A stretch of DNA of 64,000 bases. Origin: OCS155 cluster bacterium AG-422-J23 (GTDB taxonomy: Bacteria; Actinomycetota; Acidimicrobiia; Actinomarinales; Actinomarinaceae). The stretch covers positions 369,568 to 433,567 of the forward strand of contig QCMT01000001.1 in the NCBI GenBank assembly GCA_003213625.1. Direction: 5' to 3'. Shown here one piece after another: positions 47,139-57,328 of this stretch (within the stretch, counting starts at the first letter, position 1; every line of letters begins with the position of its first letter). The notes beneath the pieces are model-generated. The model made no database searches. It had not been told where the DNA came from and worked only from the letters and a program-made list of their open reading frames with translations. The translations under genes were made by a program, and so were the position numbers.

Positions 47139-48320
47139 ATGAAGAAACTATTACTTGTTATTCCAGAAAATAGCTACAAATCAAACGATTTTGTTACATC
47201 AGCTGAAAAATTAGATCTTGATTTCTTGGTAATTACAGATAGCCAGCAGGTTTCCGGTCAATTCTCAGATACAGTAATAATTCATAGTTTTGATAAGGAA
47301 TTAGAGAATGATGTAAGAGAAAAACTTCAAGATGTAACTCATGTACTTCCAGTAGACCATAGTGCTCTTAAATTTTCTGCATATCTCGTAGATTTATTGA
47401 ACGCTAAAGGTAATAACACTAAATCAATTAATACAGCGATGAACAAATTTGAATCTAGAAAGATATTTAATTCAATATCTGAAATAAAAATTCAAAATGC
47501 AATCGTAAAAAAAATTGAAGATATAGAGATATTTATAAATGAAAATGGAACCTCTGTGTTAAAACCTATTTACGGCACAGCCAGCAAAAGTGTTATAAAA
47601 GTTGAAAGTTTTCAAGAAAACAGAACTGCAGTGGAAAAATTAATGCAAGACTGTTCAGATCAGGATTTAATTATCGAAAAATTTGTCGATGGAAGTGAGT
47701 ATGCATTAGAAGGAAATTTAATTAATTCTGAATTAAACAAGATAGTTATATTTGACAAGCCAATTAATTATAAAGAGCCTTATTTCGAAGAATCTATATA
47801 TATTGCTCCAACAGGAATACCAGATAAAACTCAAAAAGAAATAGTTAATTTAATTGGAAAAGCTTGTAAAAAATTAGGTCTTGAAAATGGACCTGTACAC
47901 GTTGAGTTTAAAATACATAATAACGAAATATTCATAATTGAGATAAATCCAAGAATGATTGGTGGTTTATGTTCAAGATGCTTAAGTTTTGGTTTGTTTA
48001 GAACTTCACTTGAAGAAATCGCACTTCACGCATTTTTAAATAATGAATTAAAGAGTATTGATCTGCTCAGTAATTTTGTAGGGGTACTAATGATACCAAC
48101 ACCAATATCAGGAAAATTTATCTCGATCAATAAGAATGAGCTTGAAAGTATACCTAATGTTTCTGGGGTTGAGATTACTGTATCAGAAAACTCAAATCTT
48201 TTAGAACCACCTTTTGGAGATAAATATTTAGGTTTTGTTTTTTCACAGGGAGATAGCAAAGAAAAAGTAATGGAGTCACTCACTTTAGCTTTGAATTTAG
48301 CCAATCCGATTATCAAATAA
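47139..48320 (+). CDS. ATP-grasp domain protein (carboxylate-amine ligase family, substrate unknown)
   Basis: ATP-grasp core (GPVHVEFKIHNNEIFIIEINPR). Confidence 0.6.
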   Translation: MKKLLLVIPENSYKSNDFVTSAEKLDLDFLVITDSQQVSGQFSDTVIIHSFDKELENDVREKLQDVTHVLPVDHSALKFSAYLVDLLNAKGNNTKSINTAMNKFESRKIFNSISEIKIQNAIVKKIEDIEIFINENGTSVLKPIYGTASKSVIKVESFQENRTAVEKLMQDCSDQDLIIEKFVDGSEYALEGNLINSELNKIVIFDKPINYKEPYFEESIYIAPTGIPDKTQKEIVNLIGKACKKLGLENGPVHVEFKIHNNEIFIIEINPRMIGGLCSRCLSFGLFRTSLEEIALHAFLNNELKSIDLLSNFVGVLMIPTPISGKFISINKNELESIPNVSGVEITVSENSNLLEPPFGDKYLGFVFSQGDSKEKVMESLTLALNLANPIIK

Positions 48321-48343
48321 AGTATGATAACCTTCAATAAAAT

Positions 48344-48961
48344 ATGAAAAATGCATTAATCATTAATGGTGGTGATAATACGACACATAGAGATCAAATA
48401 GAGAAATTTGATTATATTGTTGCTGTTGATTCCGGAGCTGAACATGCTTACAAATTATTTTTGAAGCCTGATTTGATTATTGGCGATCTTGATTCCATAA
48501 GTACAAAAACATATGACAGAGTAAATAAAGATAAAATTGAGATTTTGGAATATAAAAAAGATAAAGATTATACAGATTTTGAAATTGCATTAAACCACGT
48601 AATAAATTTAAAAATCAAAGATGTAACTGTAATCGGAGGTGAGTATGGTGATATTGATCACCTATTTGGATCATTGTTTGCTATAGCTAAATTACATACA
48701 GACCAAAATATTTTATGGCTTCACGGTGAACAGAAGATTCTATTTCCAGAATCTGAAAGCATCAAAATAGGTATAAACAATAAATTTAGTGTTTTACCAT
48801 TTTCAGATTTAATAAACTTAAATATTACCGGAGCGGAATGGAATTTAGAAAATGAAAATATAGAGTTTGGGCAATCTAAAACGCTTCGAAACATTGCAAG
48901 AAATGAAAAAATAGATATATCAGTTTCTGATGGAAAGTTTTGTTTAATTATTTACAGTTAG
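48344..48961 (+). CDS. Thiamine pyrophosphokinase-like protein
   Basis: TPK motifs GDLDSI, KDKDYTDFEIAL, GGEYGDIDH. Confidence 0.6.
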   Translation: MKNALIINGGDNTTHRDQIEKFDYIVAVDSGAEHAYKLFLKPDLIIGDLDSISTKTYDRVNKDKIEILEYKKDKDYTDFEIALNHVINLKIKDVTVIGGEYGDIDHLFGSLFAIAKLHTDQNILWLHGEQKILFPESESIKIGINNKFSVLPFSDLINLNITGAEWNLENENIEFGQSKTLRNIARNEKIDISVSDGKFCLIIYS

Positions 48962-50175
48962 GACCTTGGCAAATCTTTCCATGCCTTGTCTTTATCTAGT
49001 TTAGGTTCGCTAGGAAGACCAAGAACTCTTTCAGCAATGATATTTCTCATTATTTCAGATGTACCACCTTCTATTGAGTTCGCACGAGATCTTAAAAATA
49101 AACTTTGTGTATCTGTAAATCCATAAGAATCATTATCAAAATTTAATTCAGGTTGAGATAACTCATAACCTCTAGGAAATAACAATCCATCATTTCCTAA
49201 CATTTCCATACCAAATTCATAGGAAGATTTGTTAATTTCAGCCTCGTGAAGCTTACTGGTAGACCCTTCAGGACCAGGCGTTCCCTTCTCTCTCAATTCT
49301 GAAGCTCTCATGTTCGTAAGGCGAACAGCTTCTTGTTGAATCCATAACTCTACAAGTTTGTCCTTAACAACAGGATCATCTAAGTTTCGATCTTTCCAAA
49401 GTTGTACAAGATGCCCAGGTGCTCCACTTCCTCTTTGTCTTACGTTACCACCAATAGCAACTCTTTCATTCATCAATATGGCTAGTGATACTCTCCATCC
49501 ATCACCCACTTCTCCTAAAACGTTCTCTTTTGGGATTTTTACATCAGTAAAATAAACTTCATTGAACTCTGCTTCTCCAGTAATTTGTCTTAATGGCCTT
49601 ACCTCGACTCCCTCAGATTCCATATCTACTATAAAAAATGTTAATCCACGGTGCTTTGGAACATCCGGATCTGTTCTTGTAACAAGTAAGCCCCATTTTG
49701 ATAAGTGACCTAATGTAGTCCAAACTTTTTGACCATTAACAATGTAACCATCACCGTCATCTACTGCTTTTGTTGAAAGGCTTGCTAAATCTGAACCAGA
49801 TCCTGGCTCAGAAAATAATTGACACCATATTTCATCAGCAGTGAACATGGGTCTTAGATATTTATCAATTTGCTCCTGAGTTCCATATTCCTTAATTGTT
49901 GGAGCGCCCATTCCAATACCAAGTAAATTAGCTATCCGGTTACTGGTTGAAATTCCTTCATTACGAAGGGTCTCATTCACAAGTAATTGAAACTTTGGAT
50001 TTACGTTTAAACCACCAGAGCCTTCTGGAAAATGAACCCAAGCTAAACCTAAATCAAATTGTTTTCCCCAAAAATCCTTAATATCTTGATTTTCTTCTCT
50101 GAATGAAATTAATTCTTTGAGTCTATCTTTAACTAACTCTTCTGCATCAGCTGGTTTTGTTTCAATTTTTGCCAT
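48958..50175 (-). CDS. Acyl-CoA dehydrogenase
   Basis: ACAD family, 405 aa. Confidence 0.85.
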   Translation of the reverse strand: MAKIETKPADAEELVKDRLKELISFREENQDIKDFWGKQFDLGLAWVHFPEGSGGLNVNPKFQLLVNETLRNEGISTSNRIANLLGIGMGAPTIKEYGTQEQIDKYLRPMFTADEIWCQLFSEPGSGSDLASLSTKAVDDGDGYIVNGQKVWTTLGHLSKWGLLVTRTDPDVPKHRGLTFFIVDMESEGVEVRPLRQITGEAEFNEVYFTDVKIPKENVLGEVGDGWRVSLAILMNERVAIGGNVRQRGSGAPGHLVQLWKDRNLDDPVVKDKLVELWIQQEAVRLTNMRASELREKGTPGPEGSTSKLHEAEINKSSYEFGMEMLGNDGLLFPRGYELSQPELNFDNDSYGFTDTQSLFLRSRANSIEGGTSEIMRNIIAERVLGLPSEPKLDKDKAWKDLPRS

Positions 50176-50192
50176 ATTAAATTATACACTGA

Positions 50193-51107
50193 TCACTCGT
50201 TAGAGCTATTTCCTTGTAAGGCTTTCATTATCAACATATTTTCATCATCATTACTTAAAGGATAAGTTCCATCTGTAATAGTTCTTATCTCATCTATGTT
50301 ATTGGCAATGTCTTCTGCCGTTGCTTGTTGGTTAACATAGCCTTCATGTGTAATTATCCCAATTCTTGCAAACCTACCTGCAGCAACCCCATATATTTCA
50401 TGGGTTGGTTCACAAGCTTCAGATGCAAGATATGTAACTAATGGTGTGACAAGCTCAGGGGTCATGAATTTGCCAACATCTTCAGGGATAAGTCCTTCTG
50501 TCATCCTTGTGTAAGCAGTAGGAGCTATAACATTAACCTTAATATTGTATTTAGCTCCCTCAATAGCTAAGACATTAGTGAGACCAACTATACCCATTTT
50601 TGCTGCACCATAATTTGCTTGACCAAAATTTCCAAATAATCCTGATGGAGATGCAACATTTACAATTCTTCCATAGTTGTTTTCCTTCATTATTTTGAAT
50701 GCAGGATGAGTCACATAAAATGTTCCTTTTAAATGTACATCAATAATCAACAAAAATTCTTCCTCTGTCATATTTGCAAAACTTCTATCTCTCAATATCC
50801 CGGCATTATTAATTACAGCGTCAACAGTCCCAAAATTATCTACTGCAGTTTGAACTATTGACTCTCCACCATCTTTTGAAGCAACAGAATCATAATTTGC
50901 AACAGCTTCTCCACCATTTTTAATAATTTCATTAACAACATCGTCAGCTGGGGAACTACCTGAACCAGAACCGTCAACAGCACCTCCGAGGTCATTTACT
51001 ACAACTTTTGCACCTCTTTTGCCAAGCTCTAGCGCATATGCTTTACCTAATCCATTGCCAGCACCTGTAACAATTGCTACTCTGTTTTCAAAATTAACAT
51101 CTGACAT
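50193..51107 (-). CDS. Short-chain dehydrogenase/reductase (hydroxyacyl-CoA dehydrogenase-like, MFE-2 N-domain type)
   Basis: VAIVTGAGNGLGKAYALELGKRGAKVVVNDLGG. Confidence 0.8.
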   Translation of the reverse strand: MSDVNFENRVAIVTGAGNGLGKAYALELGKRGAKVVVNDLGGAVDGSGSGSSPADDVVNEIIKNGGEAVANYDSVASKDGGESIVQTAVDNFGTVDAVINNAGILRDRSFANMTEEEFLLIIDVHLKGTFYVTHPAFKIMKENNYGRIVNVASPSGLFGNFGQANYGAAKMGIVGLTNVLAIEGAKYNIKVNVIAPTAYTRMTEGLIPEDVGKFMTPELVTPLVTYLASEACEPTHEIYGVAAGRFARIGIITHEGYVNQQATAEDIANNIDEIRTITDGTYPLSNDDENMLIMKALQGNSSNE

Positions 51108-51109
51108 AT

Positions 51110-53038
51110 TTAAGCCTCCTCATACATTGATTGAATTTCGTTTTTGTATCTCTCAGCAATAACATTTCTTTTTAATTTCAAAGTTGGTGTTAATTCACCA
51201 CTAGAGTCTGTCCATTCATTTTCAAGAAGTGTAAACTTCTTTATTTGCTGAACTCTAGCAACTTTGGAATTTGCTTCATCAATCTGTCCTTGTATTGCAT
51301 CGATAACTTTAGAATTTTTTGACATATCACTAATGTTATATGCAACTCCATTTTCTTCCGCCCATTTTTCAGCGCCACCATCGCCATCAAGAACAATTAA
51401 GGCTGATAAGAATTTTTTACCATCTCCAACAACACAAATTTGACCTACGAGTGTATGAGGCTTTACATGATCTTCAATTTCAACAGGTGCTATATTTTTT
51501 CCACCTGATGTAATAAGTATTTCTTTTTTTCTTCCAACGATTTTGACATATCCATTATCATCGATCTCTGCAAGATCACCAGTGTGTAACCATCCATCTG
51601 AATCAAATGTTTCTTTTGTCTCATCATCAAGTTTGTAGTACCCCTTAGCAACATGTTTACCCTTTATACAAAGTTCACCATCATCAAGGACTTTTACTTC
51701 AGTACCTGCGAGGGGTATTCCGACCTTTCCTATTGGATTTAATACCTCGGGAATAGCCACATTATTAGACTTAAACATACTCTCAACATAATTGATAGCA
51801 TGATTTGGAATTCCTATTGTTGCAGGTCCTGTGTCTTCTGTCATTCCATAGATTTCTGTAACATCAATATGTATTGCATGAAACCATTTATGAACCTCAG
51901 GGTTCATTGGTGCTGCAGCAGTTGCAAATATTTCAGTATTACTTAATCCCAAACCTTCTTTGAAAGATCTCTCAAATACAAGTCTTTTGAACACTGCATC
52001 TTTAATTCTTACTCCTAAAGGAGGTGTTTCACCTCTTTGCTCATATTCGACTCTTTCTAAACCGTTATCAATTGCCTTTAATGCAAGATCTTTCTTATCA
52101 GATTCATTAATTTTGTTTAGTAAACCAGATTGAAATCTTTCCCAAACCCTAGGTACAGCTAAAAAGATAGAGGGTTTAATTGTAGGTAATGCTTTTGCCA
52201 TATCTTCTAATACTGGGACTGGAAATATCTGACCTCTTCTATAGATTGACTGATAGTGGTCACCAAGTCTTGCAGCTATATGAGCCATGGGTAAATAGGA
52301 TACAATTCTTGGATTAGTTGAAAGCTGTACTGTTTCGGCAAAGAGACTTTGAGCAGTCCATAATACATTTTCGTGAGTTATCATCACACCCTTTGGATTT
52401 CCTGTTGTTCCAGAAGTAAATATCAAACAGGCCAATGAATCAGGGGTGACAGATGAAATTGCTTCATCTAGTTTCGATCTATCTGAAGAATTAATATCCT
52501 TACCTTTTTGAATTAAATCCGAAAAACTTAGAACATAATCGAGATCTTTATAGTCTTCGAAATCTTCTATCATTATCAAGTACTTCAAGTTTGGAGAATT
52601 CTTTTTTGCTGCATTAACTTCATCAAACAATTGGGCATTTCCAACAAATGCTATCTTTGCATCAAGTAAATTAACAATATACTCAATCTGTCCGGATTTA
52701 AGTTGTTTATAGATAGTTGAAGGTGTTCCTCCTGCGTGCATAATTGCGAGATCAGATATGAAGTGTTCTTTTGTATTATCACTAACAATAAAACCATTCT
52801 CACCTGCACTAAAACCAATATCGATCAGGCCGGAAGCTAAATTATGGACCATCTCCCTATATTCAGACCATGAAGTTGAGTTCCAACCAGAATATTCATC
52901 ATTAATTGGGGTATTTAATGCTGGATAATCGGGATAATCATCAGCATTCTGATTAAAAAAGTCAATTATTGTTTTGCCATCTACAACGCTTGTAACTGAA
53001 GATTCCCTGTTTTTCATGAATTCATGAATATTTGTCAT
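51110..53038 (-). CDS. Long-chain fatty-acid--CoA ligase (AMP-binding)
   Basis: AMP-binding motifs (IFTSGTTGNPKGV; hinge GWLHTGD). Confidence 0.85.
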   Translation of the reverse strand: MTNIHEFMKNRESSVTSVVDGKTIIDFFNQNADDYPDYPALNTPINDEYSGWNSTSWSEYREMVHNLASGLIDIGFSAGENGFIVSDNTKEHFISDLAIMHAGGTPSTIYKQLKSGQIEYIVNLLDAKIAFVGNAQLFDEVNAAKKNSPNLKYLIMIEDFEDYKDLDYVLSFSDLIQKGKDINSSDRSKLDEAISSVTPDSLACLIFTSGTTGNPKGVMITHENVLWTAQSLFAETVQLSTNPRIVSYLPMAHIAARLGDHYQSIYRRGQIFPVPVLEDMAKALPTIKPSIFLAVPRVWERFQSGLLNKINESDKKDLALKAIDNGLERVEYEQRGETPPLGVRIKDAVFKRLVFERSFKEGLGLSNTEIFATAAAPMNPEVHKWFHAIHIDVTEIYGMTEDTGPATIGIPNHAINYVESMFKSNNVAIPEVLNPIGKVGIPLAGTEVKVLDDGELCIKGKHVAKGYYKLDDETKETFDSDGWLHTGDLAEIDDNGYVKIVGRKKEILITSGGKNIAPVEIEDHVKPHTLVGQICVVGDGKKFLSALIVLDGDGGAEKWAEENGVAYNISDMSKNSKVIDAIQGQIDEANSKVARVQQIKKFTLLENEWTDSSGELTPTLKLKRNVIAERYKNEIQSMYEEA

Positions 53039-53099
53039 ATAACTCCGCTCTTTATTATATGAATTTTAATAATCAAATTAAAAATTCTCTAATCTATAT

Positions 53100-54146
53100 C
53101 TAAAATTGTTCTTCAACATTAACCCAAATACCATTATTTTGATAAGAATCTAATGTACACATTACATCTAATACATGAAAGGGTAAATTTACATTTTCTC
53201 TCGAAATATTATTTTTAGTTATGCATTTAACCATCTCAACTACACCAAGTCCCCTATAGTAATTATTTTCGTTATCAACAGGTGTATAGATACTTTCCCA
53301 TTCATAAGTTTCCTTATTAAATATTGAAATTTCACCATCATAATTGTTTGGGTCCGCAAGTTTTAAAGAGGAGTTTTCACCATATATTTCTAATTTAGGA
53401 TCATATGGTTTCCATATATCAAAACTTACTTGAAAATCTACAACAATATCACTCTCAAACTTTAATAAAGCAAAATAATGGGTATCAATATCAACCTTAA
53501 TCTCGTTGTAGTCAACATCTGGATTTTCTACTTTACGTGTGTCGAATGTTTTTTGTGAGTAAGATATCACTTTCTCCACATTTCCAAATATCTTGATTAA
53601 AGATGTTAAATAATATGGCCCCATATCAAATAATGGACCTCCTCCTCGTTTATAATAAAAACTTGGATTAGGATGCCAACCTTCAACACCATGACTTGTA
53701 AAACTAGCAGACCCTCCAATAATTTTTCCGATTTTATTTGAAGATATTATTTGTTGAGCCTTCTTAAATGCCGGCCCAAGATATGTGTCTGGTGCAGAAA
53801 ATAAATAAACATTATTTTTTTTCATTGTAGAATACAGTTTTTTTCCTTCTTCAATTGTTAAGGAAACTGGTTTTTCTGAAAAAACATGCTTTCCATTTTC
53901 TAATGATTTCAGAGATATATCAAAGTGTGATGAAGGAGGAGTTAAATTGACTATAATATCTATATCTTTATCCATCAGCAATGCCTCAACAGATAACGGA
54001 TTTATATTATATTCTTTAGCAAAAAATTCTGATTTATTCTCATCTTTATCGGCACAAGCTAGGAGATTAATTTCTTTTTTATTTTTTTTAAGACCAATCA
54101 TGTATTGGCTAGAAATTGCACCGCATCCGATTATTCCAACATTCAT
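53100..54146 (-). CDS. Gfo/Idh/MocA-family NAD(P)-dependent oxidoreductase (ThuB-like)
   Basis: N-terminal Rossmann VGIIGCGAIS. Adjacent to a ThuA-like gene. Confidence 0.8.
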   Translation of the reverse strand: MNVGIIGCGAISSQYMIGLKKNKKEINLLACADKDENKSEFFAKEYNINPLSVEALLMDKDIDIIVNLTPPSSHFDISLKSLENGKHVFSEKPVSLTIEEGKKLYSTMKKNNVYLFSAPDTYLGPAFKKAQQIISSNKIGKIIGGSASFTSHGVEGWHPNPSFYYKRGGGPLFDMGPYYLTSLIKIFGNVEKVISYSQKTFDTRKVENPDVDYNEIKVDIDTHYFALLKFESDIVVDFQVSFDIWKPYDPKLEIYGENSSLKLADPNNYDGEISIFNKETYEWESIYTPVDNENNYYRGLGVVEMVKCITKNNISRENVNLPFHVLDVMCTLDSYQNNGIWVNVEEQF

Positions 54147-54147
54147 A

Positions 54148-54816
54148 TTATTTAGTAGTCCAATTTATACCCTGAATTATAAGCTTTACAACATTTTCAT
54201 TTTCAAAATCTTTTAAATAATGACCGATAGAGCAGTGAAATACTTTTCCATTTCCCCATGATTTTGTATAAGCTACAGGCATCTCTACATCATCTATCCA
54301 CTCATGATATTCTTTGGTGAATTTTGTTGAAGCAATGATATTTATAGATGGATCGATGTGAAGAAAGTACTGTTCAGAAAAAACTTTAAAATTGTTTATT
54401 CCATCTACTATTTCATGATGTTTATCAATTATATTTACTTCGTAATCAACAAAATCACCTGGGTGGCAAACAAATTGACTGCCCACAAGAAATTGATAAT
54501 TTGTATTATCTCTAAATGCATCGGTCATACCACCGTGCCAACCTGCAAGCCCAACACCAGAATGGACTGCTTCTTGTAAATTTCCAATTTTTGAATTCTT
54601 AATATCCCAATTGTTATCATCTATTTGCCCCATCGTCCAAACAGGAAGTATTACATCAAAACTTTTTAAATACTCAAGATCAGTCATGACATCAAGATCA
54701 TTTACTATTTTGCTCTCAATATTGTATATCTTAATCTGTTCGCTTATAAATTCCGAAGTTTCAACAGGTTCATGCCCATCCCATCCACCAGAAATAAAAA
54801 GTGCTTTTTTTGTCAT
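54148..54816 (-). CDS. ThuA-like (trehalose-utilisation) class-I glutamine-amidotransferase-like protein
   Basis: ThuA family sequence. Probable start MTKKALFISGG at 54816, overlapping the permease stop (ATGA). Confidence 0.7.
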   Translation of the reverse strand: MTKKALFISGGWDGHEPVETSEFISEQIKIYNIESKIVNDLDVMTDLEYLKSFDVILPVWTMGQIDDNNWDIKNSKIGNLQEAVHSGVGLAGWHGGMTDAFRDNTNYQFLVGSQFVCHPGDFVDYEVNIIDKHHEIVDGINNFKVFSEQYFLHIDPSINIIASTKFTKEYHEWIDDVEMPVAYTKSWGNGKVFHCSIGHYLKDFENENVVKLIIQGINWTTK

Positions 54817-55685
54817 CCTTTTATTGATCCTGCAGTAAGACCTCCAGTTATTTGCTTTTGAAAAAACAGAAATAATACAGCTATTGGAGTAGCTGCTATT
54901 ACAGAAGCTGCGGCAATACTTCCCCACTCATTACTGAAATCATCCGTGAAGACCACATTAATTCCTAATGCTACGGTGTATAAGTTTGTGTCCTTTAGAA
55001 AAACAGCAGCGAGTATATAGTCTGAATATATACCTATAAACGTAAGAACAAATAGTACAACTATGATTGGTCTTGCTAATGGTGCAACAATTCTGAAAAA
55101 TATTTGTGAATCGGTAGCACCATCGACCTTAGCTGCTTCATCTAATGATTCAGGAATTGTATCCATAAACCCTTTAATTAACCAAGAATTGAAACCTATT
55201 GATCCACCAAGATAAACACAAATAAGTCCGAAATGAGTTCCTAAGCCCATAAACGGAGCAATATCACTAATTTGAAAAAATAGTAAATAAATCGCAACAA
55301 ATGCGAGAAATGCTGGAAACATCTGAATAAGTACAAGGGTAATTAGTCCTACCCTACGCCCTCTAAATTTTAACCTAGCAAATGCATATCCTGCAAAGGT
55401 CCCTAAAAGAACATTAAAAATACCTGCTAGTGAAGCAATTTTATATGTATTAAATAGCCACTTAAAGTATGGAACAAGTGGGTCTCCATACAACGATTGA
55501 TAATGCTTTAAAGTAAAACTACCTGGAATGAGCTTAGAGTTTTCCAAATTCGGAAAATCAGCAAATGAATTAGATAGAACATAAAGTATTGGATACATTG
55601 AAAATACTACAAAAGTTAAACCAACTAAATGCCTCCATCCATACTCTCTAAACCAGGTAGATAATTTATATGTTTCCATAAACAC
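54813..55685 (-). CDS. Carbohydrate ABC transporter permease (MalG-like)
   Basis: Six-TM permease with EAA loop (LDEAAKVDGATDSQIFFRIVAPLARP). Confidence 0.85.
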   Translation of the reverse strand: MFMETYKLSTWFREYGWRHLVGLTFVVFSMYPILYVLSNSFADFPNLENSKLIPGSFTLKHYQSLYGDPLVPYFKWLFNTYKIASLAGIFNVLLGTFAGYAFARLKFRGRRVGLITLVLIQMFPAFLAFVAIYLLFFQISDIAPFMGLGTHFGLICVYLGGSIGFNSWLIKGFMDTIPESLDEAAKVDGATDSQIFFRIVAPLARPIIVVLFVLTFIGIYSDYILAAVFLKDTNLYTVALGINVVFTDDFSNEWGSIAAASVIAATPIAVLFLFFQKQITGGLTAGSIKG

Positions 55686-57258
55686 GCTCTAGTCTTTTTG
55701 AGTATCTGAATGAAATAGCTGAAATTATTAGTACAAGAAAAAATATTAATGTTGTTACAGCTGCAGCAAGACCAAATTGTACACCCCTGCCACCAGATAC
55801 AGCTAAGTTATATGTGAAAGAAATGAGTATATCAGTATATCCAACGGAAACGTCAGCTCCAACAATAGGAGGACCTCCACCAGTAAGTAGAAATATTAAT
55901 GTGAAATTATTGAAATTAAATGCAAACGCTCCTATCAAAAGTGGCGATATTGACACTAGCAATAATGGAAAAGTTATCTTAAAAAAAGATTGTCTAGGAG
56001 TAGCACCGTCAACCTTAGAAGCTTCAATTAATTCATTTGGAATTGACTGTAAAGCACCTGTAACAATTAAAAACATGTAAGGAAATCCAAGCCATGTGTT
56101 GACTAATAAAACTGCTGCTTTAGAGCTTTCTTCCGTTCTAAACCATCTAATTGGTTCAATATTAAACAATTGGTATAAAGGATCAAGCCAATCATTTACA
56201 AGACCAAAATCTGGATTTAGTAATCCCCTAAAAACGAGTATTGATATAAAAGCTGGTATTGCATAAGGAATAATATATATAGATCTATAAAGTTTCTGAA
56301 ATCTTACTTTTTCATTATTAAGAGTTATCGCTAAAAGAAGGCCAACAATGAACGCAAGGGCCACTGAGAAAAAAGCAAATTGGAAAGTCCATTTTGCGAC
56401 TGTACTTAAAGGTCCTCTAAATCGTTGGTCATCAACTATTCTTTGATAATTTTCTGTACCAACATTAATTCTCCAGCCTGGATCTACCGATTCACCACCA
56501 CAAATAAAATTTCCACGATCACCAAGTGTACAGGCAACATTTTTTCTATTGTCATATAAAATTTCAGAATCTTTATCGTATGTATATTTTTGCTGTGATG
56601 AAAATATTCTTCCACTTGAAGCACCGAATACAGAAATATTGTAAAGTTTTATTCTTGTATTTTTATCAACTAATAGTGAAAGATCCTGTAATGTACTGGA
56701 GTTCGCAATTTGTTCTTTACCTGACAGTAAATAAAAGGATTCAGGAATAGTAATATTGTTATTTGAGTCTTTAAAAGATGGCTCATGTGTCGCGTATTCA
56801 ATATCTTCAAATTGATCAGAAGTAACAGCTCTTCCAAACAATAGATTGTCTTGATCGAAGTCTGCAAGAAAGAAAAAATCTAAATTTGAATCTTGCATAA
56901 CATATAAATCAAATTCAACACCTTTTTGCTCTTCTGTGGAATAAGTTAAATCCTCTAGACGCTCTATGACTTGAGTTTTAGTTAATATATGACCAGTTTG
57001 CCAATTTGTAAATGAAACATAAAAGTTGTAACCCGCAGGAAATAAGACAAAAGAAATCAGAAATACAAACCCAGGGGTAATCCACTTTAAAGGCTTTAAT
57101 TTATTTGTTATGTAAGTGATGTTTATTAGAAAAGTGATGATCCCAATGATTATTAGAAGAAACCAAGACTCATAACTTATTGCTAAAGGAACAACATAAA
57201 ACATTAAAGCATTGAAAATACCAAGTAATATATACTTCAAAATTGTCGAAGTTTTCAT
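55666..57258 (-). CDS. Carbohydrate ABC transporter permease (MalF-like, with a large extracytoplasmic loop)
   Basis: EAA loop ELIEASKVDGATPRQSFFKITFPLL. N-terminal extra loop as in MalF. Confidence 0.8.
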   Translation of the reverse strand: MKTSTILKYILLGIFNALMFYVVPLAISYESWFLLIIIGIITFLINITYITNKLKPLKWITPGFVFLISFVLFPAGYNFYVSFTNWQTGHILTKTQVIERLEDLTYSTEEQKGVEFDLYVMQDSNLDFFFLADFDQDNLLFGRAVTSDQFEDIEYATHEPSFKDSNNNITIPESFYLLSGKEQIANSSTLQDLSLLVDKNTRIKLYNISVFGASSGRIFSSQQKYTYDKDSEILYDNRKNVACTLGDRGNFICGGESVDPGWRINVGTENYQRIVDDQRFRGPLSTVAKWTFQFAFFSVALAFIVGLLLAITLNNEKVRFQKLYRSIYIIPYAIPAFISILVFRGLLNPDFGLVNDWLDPLYQLFNIEPIRWFRTEESSKAAVLLVNTWLGFPYMFLIVTGALQSIPNELIEASKVDGATPRQSFFKITFPLLLVSISPLLIGAFAFNFNNFTLIFLLTGGGPPIVGADVSVGYTDILISFTYNLAVSGGRGVQFGLAAAVTTLIFFLVLIISAISFRYSKRLERVYGNI

Positions 57259-57274
57259 GTATATATAAATATAT

Positions 57275-57310
57275 CACAAAAAAATCGGGGCTCTAGATGA
57301 GCCCCGATTT
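57275..57310 (-). terminator. Rho-independent terminator / attenuator between the SBP gene and permease genes (aaatcggggctc-tagat-gagccccgattt followed by a U-tract on the minus strand)
   Basis: 12-bp GC-rich stem seen in sequence. On the minus strand the hairpin is followed by TTTTTTT. Confidence 0.65.
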
Positions 57311-57328
57311 AAGTAATAATTTTGTTAA

